NCBI GenBank assembly: GCA_039621445.1
Contig: CP154954.1
Coordinates: 27,578,123 to 27,642,122 of the forward strand
Reading direction: 5' to 3'
From: Euglena gracilis
Taxonomy: Eukaryota
DNA length: 64,000 nt
The notes beneath the pieces are model-generated. The model was not told the origin of the DNA. It saw nothing but the letters and a program-made list of their open reading frames with translations, and made no database searches. Position numbers and translations under genes: made by a program. Shown here one piece after another: positions 11,501 through 26,206 of this stretch (position 1 is the first letter of the stretch; every line of letters begins with the position of its first letter).

Positions 11501-14500
11501 CTCCTGGAACACCCATTCGGTTACTCGGAGTAAGGCCCAATTTGGTCCATTTTTACATGGTAACCTGGGCTGACCTGGTAAATGTCCCCCGGAATGGTCG
11601 AATGCACCCATCTAAATCTGCTCATTTCTTGCAACCAACATTCCCGCTGCATGTTTTCTTACCATTAAACCACGACAATCATGAAACCAACGGGTCCCCT
11701 GACTTTGGAGGCCTCCTGGAACACCCATTCGGTTACTCGGAGTAAGGCCCAATTTGGTCCATTTTTACATGGTAACCTGGGCTGACCTGGTAAATGTCCC
11801 CCGGAATGGTCGAATGCACCCATCTAAATCTGTTCATTTCTTGCAACCAACATTCCCGCTGCATGTTTTTCTTACCATTAAACCACGACAATCATGAAAC
11901 CAACGGGTCCCCTGACTTTGGAGGCCTCCTGGAACACCCATTCGGTTACTCGGAGTAAGGCCCAATTTGGTCCATTTTTACATGGTAACCTGGGCTGACC
12001 TGGTAAATGTCCCCCGGAATGGTCGAATGCACCCATCTAAATCTGCTCATTTCTTGCAACCAACCTTCCGGCTGCATGTTTTTCTTACCATTAAACCACG
12101 ACAATCATGAAACCAACGGGTCCCCTGACTTTGGAGGCCTCCTGGAACACCCATTCGGTTACTCGGAGTAAGGCCCAATTTGGTCCATTTTTACATGGTA
12201 ACCTGGGCTGACCTGGTAAATGTCCCCCGGAATGGTCGAATGCACCCATCTAAATCTGCTCATTTCTTGCAACCAACCTTCCGGCTGCATGTTTTTCTTA
12301 CCATTAAACCACGACAATCATGAAACCAACGGGTCCCCTGACTTTGGAGGCCTCCTGGAACACCCATTCGGTTACTCGGAGTAAGGCCCAATTTGGTCCA
12401 TTTTTACATGGTAACCTGGGCTGACCTGGTAAATGTCCCCCGGAATGGTCGAATGCACCCATCTAAATCTGCTCATTTCTTGCAACCAACCTTCCGGCTG
12501 CATGTTTTTCTTACCATTAAACCACGACAATCATGAAACCAACGGGTCCCCTGACTTTGGAGGCCTCCTGGAACACCCATTCGGTTACTCGGAGTAAGGC
12601 CCAATTTGGTCCATTTTTACATGGTAACCTGGGCTGACCTGGTAAATGTCCCCCGGAATGGTCGAATGCACCCATCTAAATGTGCTCATTTCTTGCAACC
12701 AACCTTCCGGCTGCATGTTTTCTTACCATTAAACCACGACAATCATGAAACCAACGGGTCCCCTGACTTTGGAGGCCTCCTGGAACACCCATTCGGTTAC
12801 TCGGAGTAAGGCCCAATTTGGTCCATTTTTACATGGTAACCTGGGCTGACCTGGTAAATGTCCCCCGGAATGGTCGAATGCACCCATCTAAATGTGCTCA
12901 TTTCTTGCAACCAACCTTCCGGCTGCATGTTTTTCTTACCATTAAACCACGACAATCATGAAACCAACGGGTCCCCTGACTTTGGAGGCCTCCTGGAACA
13001 CCCATTCGGTTACTCGGAGTAAGGCCCAATTTGGTCCATTTTTACATGGTAACCTGGGCTGACCTGGTAAATGTCCCCCGGAATGGTCGAATGCACCCGT
13101 CTAAATGTGCTCATTTCTTGCAACCAACCTTCCGGCTGCATGTTTTTCTTACCATTAAACCACGACAATCATGAAACCAACGGGTCCCCTGACTTTGGAG
13201 GCCTCCTGGAACACCCATTCGGTTACTCGGAGTAAGGCCCAATTTGGTCCATTTTTACATGGTAACCTGGGCTGACCTGGTAAATGTCCCCCGGAATGGT
13301 CGAATGCACCCATCTAAATCTGCTCATTTCTTGCAACCAACATTCCGGCTGCATGTTTTTCTTACCATTAAACCACGACAATCATGAAACCAACGGGTCC
13401 CCTGACTTTGGAGGCCTCCTGGAACACCCATTCGGTTACTCGGAGTAAGGCCCAATTTGGTCCATTTTTACATGGTAACCTGGGCTGACCTGGTAAATGT
13501 CCCCCGGAATGGTCGAATGCACCCATCTAAATGTGCTCATTTCTTGCAACCAACCTTCCCGCATGCATTTTTTCTTACCATTAAACCACGACAATCATGA
13601 AACCAACGGGTCCCCTGACTTTGGAGGCCTCCTGGAACACCCATTCGGTTACTCGGAGTAAGGCCCAATTTGGTCCATTTTTACATGGTAACCTGGGCTG
13701 ACCTGGTAAATGTCCCCCGGAATGGTCGAATGCACCCATCTAAATCTGCTCATTTCTTGCAACCAACATTCCCCCTGCATGTTTTTCTTACCATTAAACC
13801 ACGACAATCATGAAACCAACGGGTCCCCTGACTTTGGAGGCCTCCTGGAACACCCATTCGGTTACTCGGAGTAAGGCCCAATTTGGTCCATTTTTACATG
13901 GTAACCTGGGCTGACCTGGTAAATGTCCCCCGGAATGGTCGAATGCACCCATCTAAATCTGCTCATTTCTTGCAACCAACATTCCCGCTGCATGTTTTCT
14001 TACCATTAAACCACGACAATCATGAAACCAACGGGTCCCCTGACTTTGGAGGCCTCCTGGAACACCCATTCGGTTACTCGGAGTAAGGCCCAATTTGGTC
14101 CATTTTTACATGGTAACCTGGGCTGACCTGGTAAATGTCCCCCGGAATGGTCGAATGCACCCATCTAAATGTGCTCATTTCTTGCAACCAACCTTCCGGC
14201 TGCATGTTTTTCTTACCATTAAACCACGACAATCATGAAACCAACGGGTCCCCTGACTTTGGAGGCCTCCTGGAACACCCATTCGGTTACTCGGAGTAAG
14301 GCCCAATTTGGTCCATTTTTACATGGTAACCTGGGCTGACCTGGTAAATGTCCCCCGGAATGGTCGAATGCACCCATCTAAATGTGCTCATTTCTTGCAA
14401 CCAACATTCCCGCTGCATGTTTTTCTTACCATTAAACCACGACAATCATGAAACCAACGGGTCCCCTGACTTTGGAGGCCTCCTGGAACACCCATTCGGT

Positions 14501-17500
14501 TACTCGGAGTAAGGCCCAATTTGGTCCATTTTTACATGGTAACCTGGGCTGACCTGGTAAATGTCCCCCGGAATGGTCGAATGCACCCATCTAAATGTGC
14601 TCATTTCTTGCAACCAACATTCCCGCTGCATGTTTTTCTTACCATTAAACCACGACAATCATGAAACCAACGGGTCCCCTGACTTTGGAGGCCGCCTGGA
14701 ACACCCATTCGGTTACTCGGAGTAAGGCCCAATTTGGTCCATTTTTACATGGTAACCTGGGCTGACCTGGTAAATGTCCCCCGGAATGGTCGAATGCACC
14801 CATCTAAATCTGCTCATTTCTTGCAACCAACATTCCCGCTGCATGTTTTTCTTACCATTAAACCACGACAATCATGAAACCAACGGGTCCCCTGACTTTG
14901 GAGGCCTCCTGGAACACCCATTCGGTTACTCGGAGTAAGGCCCAATTTGGTCCATTTTTACATGGTAACCTGGGCTGACCTGGTAAATGTCCCCCGGAAT
15001 GGTCGAATGCACCCATCTAAATGTGCTCATTTCTTGCAACCAACATTCCGGCTGCATGTTTCTCTACCATTAAACCACGACAATCATGAAACCAACGGGT
15101 CCCCTGACTTTGGAGGCCTCCTGGAACACCCATTCGGTTACTCGGAGTAAGGCCCAATTTGGTCCATTTTTACATGGTAACCTGGGCTGACCTGGTAAAT
15201 GTCCCCCGGAATGGTCGAATGCACCCATCTAAATCTGCTCATTTCTTGCAACCAACCTTCCGGCTGCATGTTTTTCTTACCATTAAACCACGACAATCAT
15301 GAAACCAACGGGTCCCCTGACTTTGGAGGCCTCCTGGAACACCCATTCGGTAACTCGGAGTAAGGCCCAATTTGGTCCATTTTTACATGGTAACCTGGGC
15401 TGACCTGGTAAATGTCCCCCGGAATGGTCGAATGCACCCATCTAAATGTGCTCATTTCTTGCAACCAGCCTTCCGGCTGCATGTTTTCTTACCATTAAAC
15501 CACGACAATCATGAAACCAACGGGTCCCCTGACTTTGGAGGCCGCCTGGAACACCCATTCGGTAAGTCGGAGTAAGGCCCAATTTGGTCCATTTTTACAT
15601 GGTAACCTGGGCTGACCTGGTAAATGTCCCCCGGAATGGTCGAATGCACCCATCTAAATGTGCTCATTTCTTGCAACCAACCTTCCGGCTGCATGTTTTT
15701 CTTACCATTAAACCACGACAATCATGAAACCAACGGGTCCCCTGACTTTGGAGGCCGCCTGGAACACCCATTCGGTTACTCGGAGTAAGGCCCAATTTGG
15801 TCCATTTTTACATGGTAACCTGGGCTGACCTGGTAAATGTCCCCCGGAATGGTCGAATGCACCCATCTAAATGTGCTCATTTCTTGCAACCAACCTTCCG
15901 GCTGCATGTTTTTCTTACCATTAAACCACGACAATCATGAAACCAACGGGTCCCCTGACTTTGGAGGCCTCCTGGAACACCCATTCGGTTACTCGGAGTA
16001 AGGCCCAATTTGGTCCATTTTTACATGGTAACCTGGGCTGACCTGGTAAATGTCCCCCGGAATGGTCGAATGCACCCATCTAAATGTGCTCATTTCTTGC
16101 AACCAACATTCCCGCTGCATGTTTTTCTTACCATTAAACCACGACAATCATGAAACCAACGGGTCCCCTGACTTTGGAGGCCTCCTGGAACACCCATTCG
16201 GTTACTCGGAGTAAGGCCCAATTTGGTCCATTTTTACATGGTAACCTGGGCTGACCTGGTAAATGTCCCCCGGAATGGTCGAATGCACCCATCTAAATGT
16301 GCTCATTTCTTGCAACCAACATTCCGCTGCATGTTTTTCTTACCATTAAACCACGACAATCATGAAACCAACGGGTCCCCTGACTTTGGAGGCCTCCTGG
16401 AACACCCATTCGGTTACTCGGAGTAAGGCCCAATTTGGTCCATTTTTACATGGTAACCTGGGCTGACCTGGTAAATGTCCCCCGGAATGGTCGAATGCAC
16501 CCATCTAAATGTGCTCATTTCTTGCAACCAACCTTCCGGCTGCATGTTTTTCTTACCATTAAACCACGACAATCATGAAACCAACGGGTCCCCTGACTTT
16601 GGAGGCCTCCTGGAACACCCATTCGGTTACTCGGAGTAAGGCCCAATTTGGTCCATTTTTACATGGTAACCTGGGCTGACCTGGTAAATGTCCCCCGGAA
16701 TGGTCGAATGCACCCATCTAAATGTGCTCATTTCTTGCAACCAACATTCCCGCTGCATGTTTTTCTTACCATTAAACCACGACAATCATGAAACCAACGG
16801 GTCCCCTGACTTTGGAGGCCTCCTGGAACACCCATTCGGTAAGTCGGAGTAAGGCCCAATTTGGTCCATTTTTACATGGTAACCTGGGCTGACCTGGTAA
16901 ATGTCCCCCGGAATGGTCGAATGCACCCATCTAAATGTGCTCATTTCTTGCAACCAACCTTCCGGCTGCATGTTTTTCTTACCATTAAACCACGACAATC
17001 ATGAAACCAACGGGTCCCCTGACTTTGGAGGCCTCCTGGAACACCCATTCGGTTACTCGGAGTAAGGCCCAATTTGGTCCATTTTTACATGGTAACCTGG
17101 GCTGACCTGGTAAATGTCCCCCGGAATGGTCGAATGCACCCATCTAAATGTGCTCATTTCTTGCAACCAACATTCCCGCTGCATGTTTTTCTTACCATTA
17201 AACCACGACAATCATGAAACCAACGGGTCCCCTGACTTTGGAGGCCTCCTGGAACACCCATTCGGTTACTCGGAGTAAGGCCCAATTTGGTCCATTTTTA
17301 CATGGTAACCTGGGCTGACCTGGTAAATGTCCCCCGGAATGGTCGAATGCACCCATCTAAATGTGCTCATTTCTTGCAACCAACATTCCGCTGCATGTTT
17401 TTCTTACCATTAAACCACGACAATCATGAAACCAACGGGTCCCCTGACTTTGGAGGCCTCCTGGAACACCCATTCGGTTACTCGGAGTAAGGCCCAATTT

Positions 17501-20500
17501 GGTCCATTTTTACATGGTAACCTGGGCTGACCTGGTAAATGTCCCCCGGAATGGTCGAATGCACCCATCTAAATGTGCTCATTTCTTGCAACCAACATTC
17601 CCGCTGCATGTTTTTCTTACCATTAAACCACGACAATCATGAAACCAACGGGTCCCCTGACTTTGGAGGCCCTGGAACACCCATTCGGTTACTCGGAGTA
17701 AGGCCCAATTTGGTCCATTTTTACATGGTAACCTGGGCTGACCTGGTAAATGTCCCCGGAATGGTCGAATGCACCCATCTAAATCTGCTCATTTCTTGCA
17801 ACCAACATTCCCGCTGCATGTTTTTCTTACCATTAAACCACGACAATCATGAAACCAACGGGTCCCCTGACTTTGGAGGCCTCCTGGAACACCCATTCGG
17901 TTACTCGGAGTAAGGCCCAATTTGGTCCATTTTTACATGGTAACCTGGGCTGACCTGGTAAATGTCCCCCGGAATGGTCGAATGCACCCATCTAAATCTG
18001 CTCATTTCTTGCAACCAACATTCCCGCTGCATGTTTTTCTTACCATTAAACCACGACAATCATGAAACCAACGGGTCCCCTGACTTTGGAGGCCTCCTGG
18101 AACACCCATTCGGTTACTCGGAGTAAGGCCCAATTTGGTCCATTTTTACATGGTAACCTGGGCTGACCTGGTAAATGTCCCCCGGAATGGTCGAATGCAC
18201 CCATCTAAATCTGCTCATTTCTTGCAACCAACATTCCCGCTGCATGTTTTTCTTACCATTAAACCACGACAATCATGAAACCAACGGGTCCCCTGACTTT
18301 GGAGGCCTCCTGGAACACCCATTCGGTTACTCGGAGTAAGGCCCAATTTGGTCCATTTTTACATGGTAACCTGGGCTGACCTGGTAAATGTCCCCCGGAA
18401 TGGTCGAATGCACCCATCTAAATCTGCTCATTTCTTGCAACCAACCTTCCGGCTGCATGTTTCCCTACCATTAAACCACGACAATCATGAAACCAACGGG
18501 TCCCCTGACTTTGGAGGCCTCCTGGAACACCCATTCGGTTACTCGGAGTAAGGCCCAATTTGGTCCATTTTTACATGGTAACCTGGGCTGACCTGGTAAA
18601 TGTCCCCCGGAATGGTCGAATGCACCCATCTAAATCTGCTCATTTCTTGCAACCAACCTTCCGGCTGCATGTTTTTCTTACCATTAAACCACGGCAATCA
18701 TGAAACCAACGGGTCCCCTGACTTTGGAGGCCTCCTGGAACACCCATTCGGTAACTCGGAGTAAGGCCCAATTTGGTCCATTTTTACATGGTGACCTGGG
18801 CTGACCTGGTAAATGTTACCCGGAATGGTCGAATGCACCCATCTAAATGTGCTCATTTCTTGCAACCAACATTCCCGCTGCATGTTTTTCTTACCATTAA
18901 ACCACGACAATCATGAAACCAACGGGTCCCCTGACTTTGGAGGCCGCCTGGAACACCCATTCGGTTACTCGGAGTAAGGCCCAATTTGGTCCATTTTTAC
19001 ATGGTGACCTGGGCTGACCTGGTAAATGTTACCCGGAATGGTCGAATGCACCCATCTAAATGTGCTCATTTCTTGCAACCAACATTCCCGCTGCATGTTT
19101 TTCTTACCATTAAACCACGAAAATCATGAAACCAACGGGTCCCCTGACTTTGGAGGCCTCCTGGAACACCCATTCGGTTACTCGGAGTAAGGCCCAATTT
19201 GGTCCATTTTTACATGGTAACCTGGGCTGACCTGGTAAATGTCCCCCGGAATGGTCGAATGCACCCATCTAAATCTGCTCATTTCTTGCAACCAACATTC
19301 CCGCTGCATGTTTTTCTTACCATTAAACCACGACAATCATGAAACCAACGGGTCCCCTGACTTTGGAGGCCTCCTGGAACACCCATTCGGTTACTCGGAG
19401 TAAGGCCCAATTTGGTCCATTTTTACATGGTAACCTGGGCTGACCTGGTAAATGTCCCCCGGAATGGTCGAATGCACCCATCTAAATGTGCTCATTTCTT
19501 GCAACCAACCTTCCGGCTGCATGTTTTCTTACCATTAAACCACGACAATCATGAAACCAACGGGTCCCCTGACTTTGGAGGCCTCCTGGAACACCCATTC
19601 GGTTACTCGGAGTAAGGCCCAATTTGGTCCATTTTTACATGGTAACCTGGGCTGACCTGGTAAATGTCCCCCGGAATGGTCGAATGCACCCATCCAAAAT
19701 GTACTCATTTCTTGCAACCAACCTTCCCGCTGCATGTTTTTCTTACCATTAAACCACGACAATCATGAAACCAACGGGTCCCCTGACTTTGGAGGCCTCC
19801 TGGAACACCCATTCGGTTACTCGGAGTAAGGCCCAATTTGGTCCATTTTTACATGGTAACCTGGGCTGACCTGGTAAATGTCCCCCGGAATGGTCGAATG
19901 CACCCATCTAAATGTGCTCATTTCTTGCAACCAACATTCCCGCTGCATGTTTTTCTTACCATTAAACCACGACAATCATGAAACCAACGGGTCCCCTGAC
20001 TTTGGAGGCCTCCTGGAACACCCATTCGGTTACTCGGAGTAAGGCCCAATTTGGTCCATTTTTACATGGTAACCTGGGCTGACCTGGTAAATGTCCCCCG
20101 GAATGGTCGAATGCACCCATCTAAATTTCTTTGCAACTAAACCTTCCGCTGCATGTTTTTCTTACCATTAAACCACGACAATCATGAAACCAACGGGTCC
20201 CCTGACTTTGGAGGCCTCCTGGAACACCCATTCGGTTACTCGGAGTAAGGCCCAATTTGGTCCATTTTTACATGGTAACCTGGGCTGACCTGGTAAATGT
20301 CCCCCGGAATGGTCGAATGCACCCATCTAAATCTGCTCATTTCTTGCAACCAACCTTCGGGCCGCATGTTCTTCTTACCATTAAACAACAACAATCATGA
20401 AACCAACGGGTCCCCTGACTTTGGAGGCCTCCTGGAACACACATTCGGTTACTCGGAGTAAGGCCCAATTTGGTCCATTTTTACATGGTAACCTGGGCTG

Positions 20501-23500
20501 ACCTGGTAAATGTCCCCCGGAATGGTCGAATGCACCCATCTAAATCTGCTCATTTCTTGCAACCAACCTTCCGGTTGCATGTTTTTCTTACCATTAAACC
20601 ACGACAATCATGAAACCAACGGGTCCCCTGACTTTGGAGGCCTCCTGGAACACCCATTCGGTAAGTCGGAGTAAGGCCCAATTTGGTCCATTTTTACATG
20701 GTAACCTGGGCTGACCTGGTAAATGTCCCCCGGAATGGTCGAATGCACCCATCTAAATGTGCTCATTTCTTGCAACCAACATTCCCGCTGCATGTTTTTC
20801 TTACCATTAAACCACGACAATCATGAAACCAACGGGTCCCCTGACTTTGGAGGCCTCCTGGAACACCCATTCGGTTACTCGGAGTAAGGCCCAATTTGGT
20901 CCATTTTTACATGGTAACCTGGGCTGACCTGGTAAATGTCCCCCGGAATGGTCGAATGCACCCATCTAAATCTGCTCATTTCTTGCAACCAACCTTCCGG
21001 CTGCATGTTTTTCTTACCATTAAACCACGACAATCATGAAACCAACGGGTCCCCTGACTTTGGAGGCCTCCTGGAACACCCATTCGGTTACTCGGAGTAA
21101 GGCCCAATTTGGTCCATTTTTACATGGTAACCTGGGCTGACCTGGTAAATGTCCCCCGGAATGGTCGAATGCACCCATCTAAATGTGCTCATTTCTTGCA
21201 ACCAACATTCCCGCTGCATGTTTTTCTTACCATTAAACCACGACAATCATGAAACCAACGGGTCCCCTGACTTTGGAGGCCGCCTGGAACACCCATTCGG
21301 TTACTCGGAGTAAGGCCCAATTTGGTCCATTTTTACATGGTAACCTGGGCTGACCTGGTAAATGTCCCCCGGAATGGTCGAATGCACCCATCTAAATCTG
21401 CTCATTTCTTGCAACCAACATTCCCGCTGCATGTTTTTCTTACCATTAAACCACGACAATCATGAAACCAACGGGTCCCCTGACTTTGGAGGCCTCCTGG
21501 AAAACCCATTCGGTAACCGGGAGTAAGGCCCAATTTGGTCCATTTTTACATGGTAACCTGGGCTGACCTGGTAAATGTCCCCCGGAATGGTCGAATGCAC
21601 TCATCTAAATTTCTTGCAACCAACCTTCCGGCTGCATGTTTTTCTTACCATTAAACCACGACAATCATGAAACCAACGGGTCCCCTGACTTTGGAGGCCT
21701 CCTGGAACACCCATTCGGTTACTCGGAGTAAGGCCCAATTTGGTCCATTTTTACATGGTAACCTGGGCTGACCTGGTAAATGTCCCCCGGAATGGTCGAA
21801 TGCACCCATCTAAATCTGCTCATTTCTTGCAACCAACCTTCGGGCCGCATGTTCTTCTTACCATTAAACAACAACAATCATGAAACCAACGGGTCCCCTG
21901 ACTTTGGAGGCCTCCTGGAACACCCATTCGGTTACTCGGAGTAAGGCCCAATTTGGTCCATTTTTACATGGTAACCTGGGCTGACCTGGTAAATGTCCCC
22001 CGGAATGGTCGAATGCACCCATCTAAATGTGCTCATTTCTTGCAACCAACATTCCCGCTGCATGTTTTTCTTACCATTAAACCACGACAATCATGAAACC
22101 AACGGGTCCCCTGACTTTGGAGGCCTCCTGGAACACCCATTCGGTTACTCGGAGTAAGGCCCAATTTGGTCCATTTTTACATGGTAACCTGGGCTGACCT
22201 GGTAAATGTCCCCCGGAATGGTCGAATGCACCCATCTAAATCTGCTCATTTCTTGCAACCAACATTCCCGCTGCATGTTTTTCTTACCATTAAACCACGA
22301 AAATCATGAAACCAACGGGTCCCCTGACTTTGGAGGCCTCCTGGAACACCCATTCGGTTACTCGGAGTAAGGCCCAATTTGGTCCATTTTTACATGGTAA
22401 CCTGGGCTGACCTGGTAAATGTCCCCCGGAATGGTCGAATGCACCCATCTAAATCTGCTCATTTCTTGCAACCAACCTTCCGGCTGCATGTTTTTCTTAC
22501 CATTAAACCACGACAATCATGAAACCAACGGGTCCCCTGACTTTGGAGGCCTCCTGGAACACCCATTCGGTTACTCGGAGTAAGGCCCAATTTGGTCCAT
22601 TTTTACATGGTAACCTGGGCTGACCTGGTAAATGTCCCCCGGAATGGTCGAATGCACCCATCTAAATCTGCTCATTTCTTGCAACCAACCTTCCGGCTGC
22701 ATGTTTTTCTTACCATTAAACCACGGCAATCATGAAACCAACGGGTCCCCTGACTTTGGAGGCCTCCTGGAACACCCATTCGGTAACTCGGAGTAAGGCC
22801 CAATTTGGTCCATTTTTACATGGTAACCTGGGCTGACCTGGTAAATGTCCCCCGGAATGGTCGAATGCACCCATCTAAATGTGCTCATTTGTTGCAACCA
22901 ACATTCCCGCTGCATGTTTTTCTTACCATTAAACCACGACAATCATGAAACCAACGGGTCCCCTGACTTTGGAGGCCGCCTGGAACACCCATTCGGTAAG
23001 TCGGAGTAAGGCCCAATTTGGTCCATTTTTACATGGTAACCTGGGCTGACCTGGTAAATGTTACCCGGAATGGTCGAATGCACCCATCTAAATGTGCTCA
23101 TTTCTTGCAACCAACATTCCCGCTGCATGTTTTTCTTACCATTAAGCCACGAAAATCATGAAACCAACGGGTCCCCTGACTTTGGAGGCCTCCTGGAACA
23201 CCCATTCGGTTACTCGGAGTAAGGCCCAATTTGGTCCATTTTTACATGGTAACCTGGGCTGACCTGGTAAATGTCCCCCGGAATGGTCGAATGCACCCAT
23301 CTAAATCTGCTCATTTCTTGCAACCAACATTACCGCTGCATGTTTTTCTTACCATTAAACCACGACAATCATGAAACCAACGGGTCCCCTGACTTTGGAG
23401 GCCTCCTGGAACACCCATTCGGTAACCGGGAGTAAGGCCCAATTTGGTCCATTTTTACACGGTAACCTGGGCTGACCTGGTAAATGTCCCCCGGAATGGT

Positions 23501-26206
23501 CGAATGCACTCATCTAAATCTGCTCATTTCTTGCAACCAACCTTCCGGCTGCATGTTTTTCTTACCATTAAACCACGGCAATCATGAAACCAACGGGTCC
23601 CCTGACTTTGGAGGCCTCCTGGAACACCCATTCGGTAACTCGGAGTAAGGCCCAATTTGGTCCATTTTTACATGGTAACCTGGGCTGACCTGGTAAATGT
23701 CCCCCGGAATGGTCGAATGCACCCATCTAAATCTGCTCATTTCTTGCAACCAACCTTCCGGCTGCATGTTTTTCTTACCATTAAACCACGACAATCATGA
23801 AACCAACGGGTCCCCTGACTTTGGAGGCCTCCTGGAACACCCATTCGGTAAGTCGGAGTAAGGCCCAATTTGGTCCATTTTTACATGGTAACCTGGGCTG
23901 ACCTGGTAAATGTCCCCCGGAATGGTCGAATGCACCCATCTAAATGTGCTCATTTCTTGCAACCAACATTCCCGCTGCATGTTTTTCTTACCATTAAACC
24001 ACGACAATCATGAAACCAACGGGTCCCCTGACTTTGGAGGCCGCCTGGAACACCCATTCGGTAAGTCGGAGTAAGGCCCAATTTGGTCCATTTTTACATG
24101 GCGACCTGGGCTGACCTGGTAAATGTTACCCGGAATGGTCGAATGCACCCATCTAAATGTGCTCATTTCTTGCAACCAGCATTCCCGCTGTCTGTTTTTC
24201 TTACCATTAAACCACGAAAATCATGAAACCAACGGGTCCCCTGACTTTGGAGGCCTCCTGGAACACCCATTCGGTTACTCGGAGTAAGGCCCAATTTGGT
24301 CCATTTTTACATGGTAACCTGGGCTGACCTGGTAAATGTCCCCCGGAATGGTCGAATGCACTCATCTAAATCTGCTCATTTCTTGCAACCAACCTTCCGG
24401 CTGCATGTTTCTCTACCATTAAACCACGACAATCATGAAACCAACGGGTCCCCTGACTTTGGAGGCCTCCTGGAACACCCATTCGGTTACTCGGAGTAAG
24501 GCCCAACTGGGTCCTTTTTTACATGGTAACCTGGGCTGACCTGGTAAATGTCCCCCGGAATGGTCGAATGCACCCATCTAAATGTGCTCATTTCTTGCAA
24601 CCAACATTCCCGCTGCATGTTTTTCTTACCATTAAACCACGACAATCATGACACCAACGGGTCCCCTGACTTTGGAGGCCTCCTGGAACACCCATTCGGT
24701 TACTCGGAGTAAGGCCCAACTGGGTCCTTTTTTACATGGTAACCTGGGCTGACCTGGTAAATGTCCCCCGGAATGGTCGAATGCACCCATCTAAATGTGC
24801 TAATTTCTTGCAACCAACATTCCCGCTGCATGTTTTTCTTATCATTAAACCACGACAATCATGAAACCAACGGGTCCCCTGACTTTGGAGGCCGCCTGGA
24901 ACACCCATTCGGTAAGTCGGAGTAAGGCCCAATTTGGTCCATTTTTACATGGTAACCTGGGCTGACCTGGTAAATGTCCCCCGGAATGGTCGAATGCACC
25001 CATCTAAATGTGCTAATTTCTTGCAACCAACATTCCCGCTGCATGTTTTTCTTACCATTAAACCACGACAATCATGACACCAACGGGTCCCCTGACTTTG
25101 GAGGCCTCCTGGAACACCCATTCGGTTACTCGGAGTAAGGCCCAACTGGGTCCTTTTTTACATGGTAACCTGGGCTGACCTGGTAAATGTCCCCCGGAAT
25201 GGTCGAATGCACCCATCTAAATGTGCTCATTTCTTGCAACCAACATTCCCGCTGCATGTTGCCCTTACCTTTAAACCACGACAATCATGAAACCAACGGG
25301 TCCCCTGACTTTGGAGGCCTTCTGGAACACCCATTCGGTTACTCGGAGCAAGGCCCAATTTGGTACATTTTTGCATGGTAACCTGGGCTGACCTAGTAAA
25401 TGTCCCCCGGAATGGTCGAATGCACCCATCTAAATGTGCTCATTTCTTGCAACCAACATTCCCGCTGCATGTTTTTCTTATCATTAAACCACGACAATCA
25501 TGAAACCAACGGGGTCCCCTGACTTTGGAGGCCGCCTGGAACACCCATTCGGTAAGTCGGAGTAAGGCCCAATTTGGTCCATTTTTACATGGTAACCTGG
25601 GCTGACCTGGTAAATGTCCCCCGGAATGGTCGAATGCACCCATCTAAATGTGCTAATTTCTTGCAACCAACATTCCCGCTGCATGTTTTTCTTACCATTA
25701 AACCACGACAATCATGACACCAACGGGTCCCCTGACTTTGGAGGCCTCCTGGAACACCCATTCGGTTACTCGGAGTAAGGCCCAACTGGGTCCTTTTTTA
25801 CATGGTAACCTGGGCTGACCTGGTAAATGTCCCCCGGAATGGTCGAATGCACCCATCTAAATGTGCTCATTTCTTGCAACCAACATTCCCGCTGCATGTT
25901 GCCCTTACCTTTAAACCACGACAATCATGAAACCAACGGGTCCCCTGACTTTGGAGGCCTTCTGGAACACCCATTCGGTTACTCGGAGCAAGGCCCAATT
26001 TGGTACATTTTTGCATGGTAACCTGGGCTGACCTAGTAAATGTCCCCCGGAATGGTCGAATGCACCCATCTAAATGTGCTCATTTCTTGCAACCAACATT
26101 CCCGCTGCATGTGTTTCTTACCATTAAACCACGACAATCATGAAACCAACGGGTCCCCTGACTTTGGAGGCCTCCTGGAACACCCATTCGGTTACTCGGA
26201 GTAAGG
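5569..26206 (-). repeat. 213-bp satellite array, right arm, inverted relative to the left arm (about 97 monomers)
   Basis: Reverse complement of the left monomer (GGAGTAAGGCCCAATTTGGTCCATTTTTACATGG...). It begins with GGAGTAAGG at 5569-5577 and ends with GGAGTAAGG at 26198-26206. Confidence 0.98.
24840..26120 (-). repeat. Trimeric (640-bp) tandem duplication at the distal end of the right 213-bp array
   Basis: Variants GTTGCCCTTACCTTT, GGAGCAAGG, GGTACATTTTTGC, ACCTAGTAAA and CATGACACC recur 640 bp apart (ORF pairs 24945/25585, 25187/25827). Confidence 0.9.

Noticed and set aside
11542-19615. Apparent 1064-bp and ~2340-bp periodicity of 212-bp monomers in the homogeneous core
   Set aside because: The markers are mostly single-base losses in homopolymers and are not the same deletion in each case. 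They could be sequencing error, so a fixed 5- or 11-mer higher-order repeat is not supported.
19-26021. Dozens of 60-125 aa ORFs (MSWFNGKKNMQPEG..., MVHFYMVTWADL...) in the 213-bp arrays
   Set aside because: They recur only because 213 is divisible by 3. Stops (GAGTAA versus GAGTTA) and 1-bp indels toggle freely between copies, and there is no recognisable domain or expression signal.
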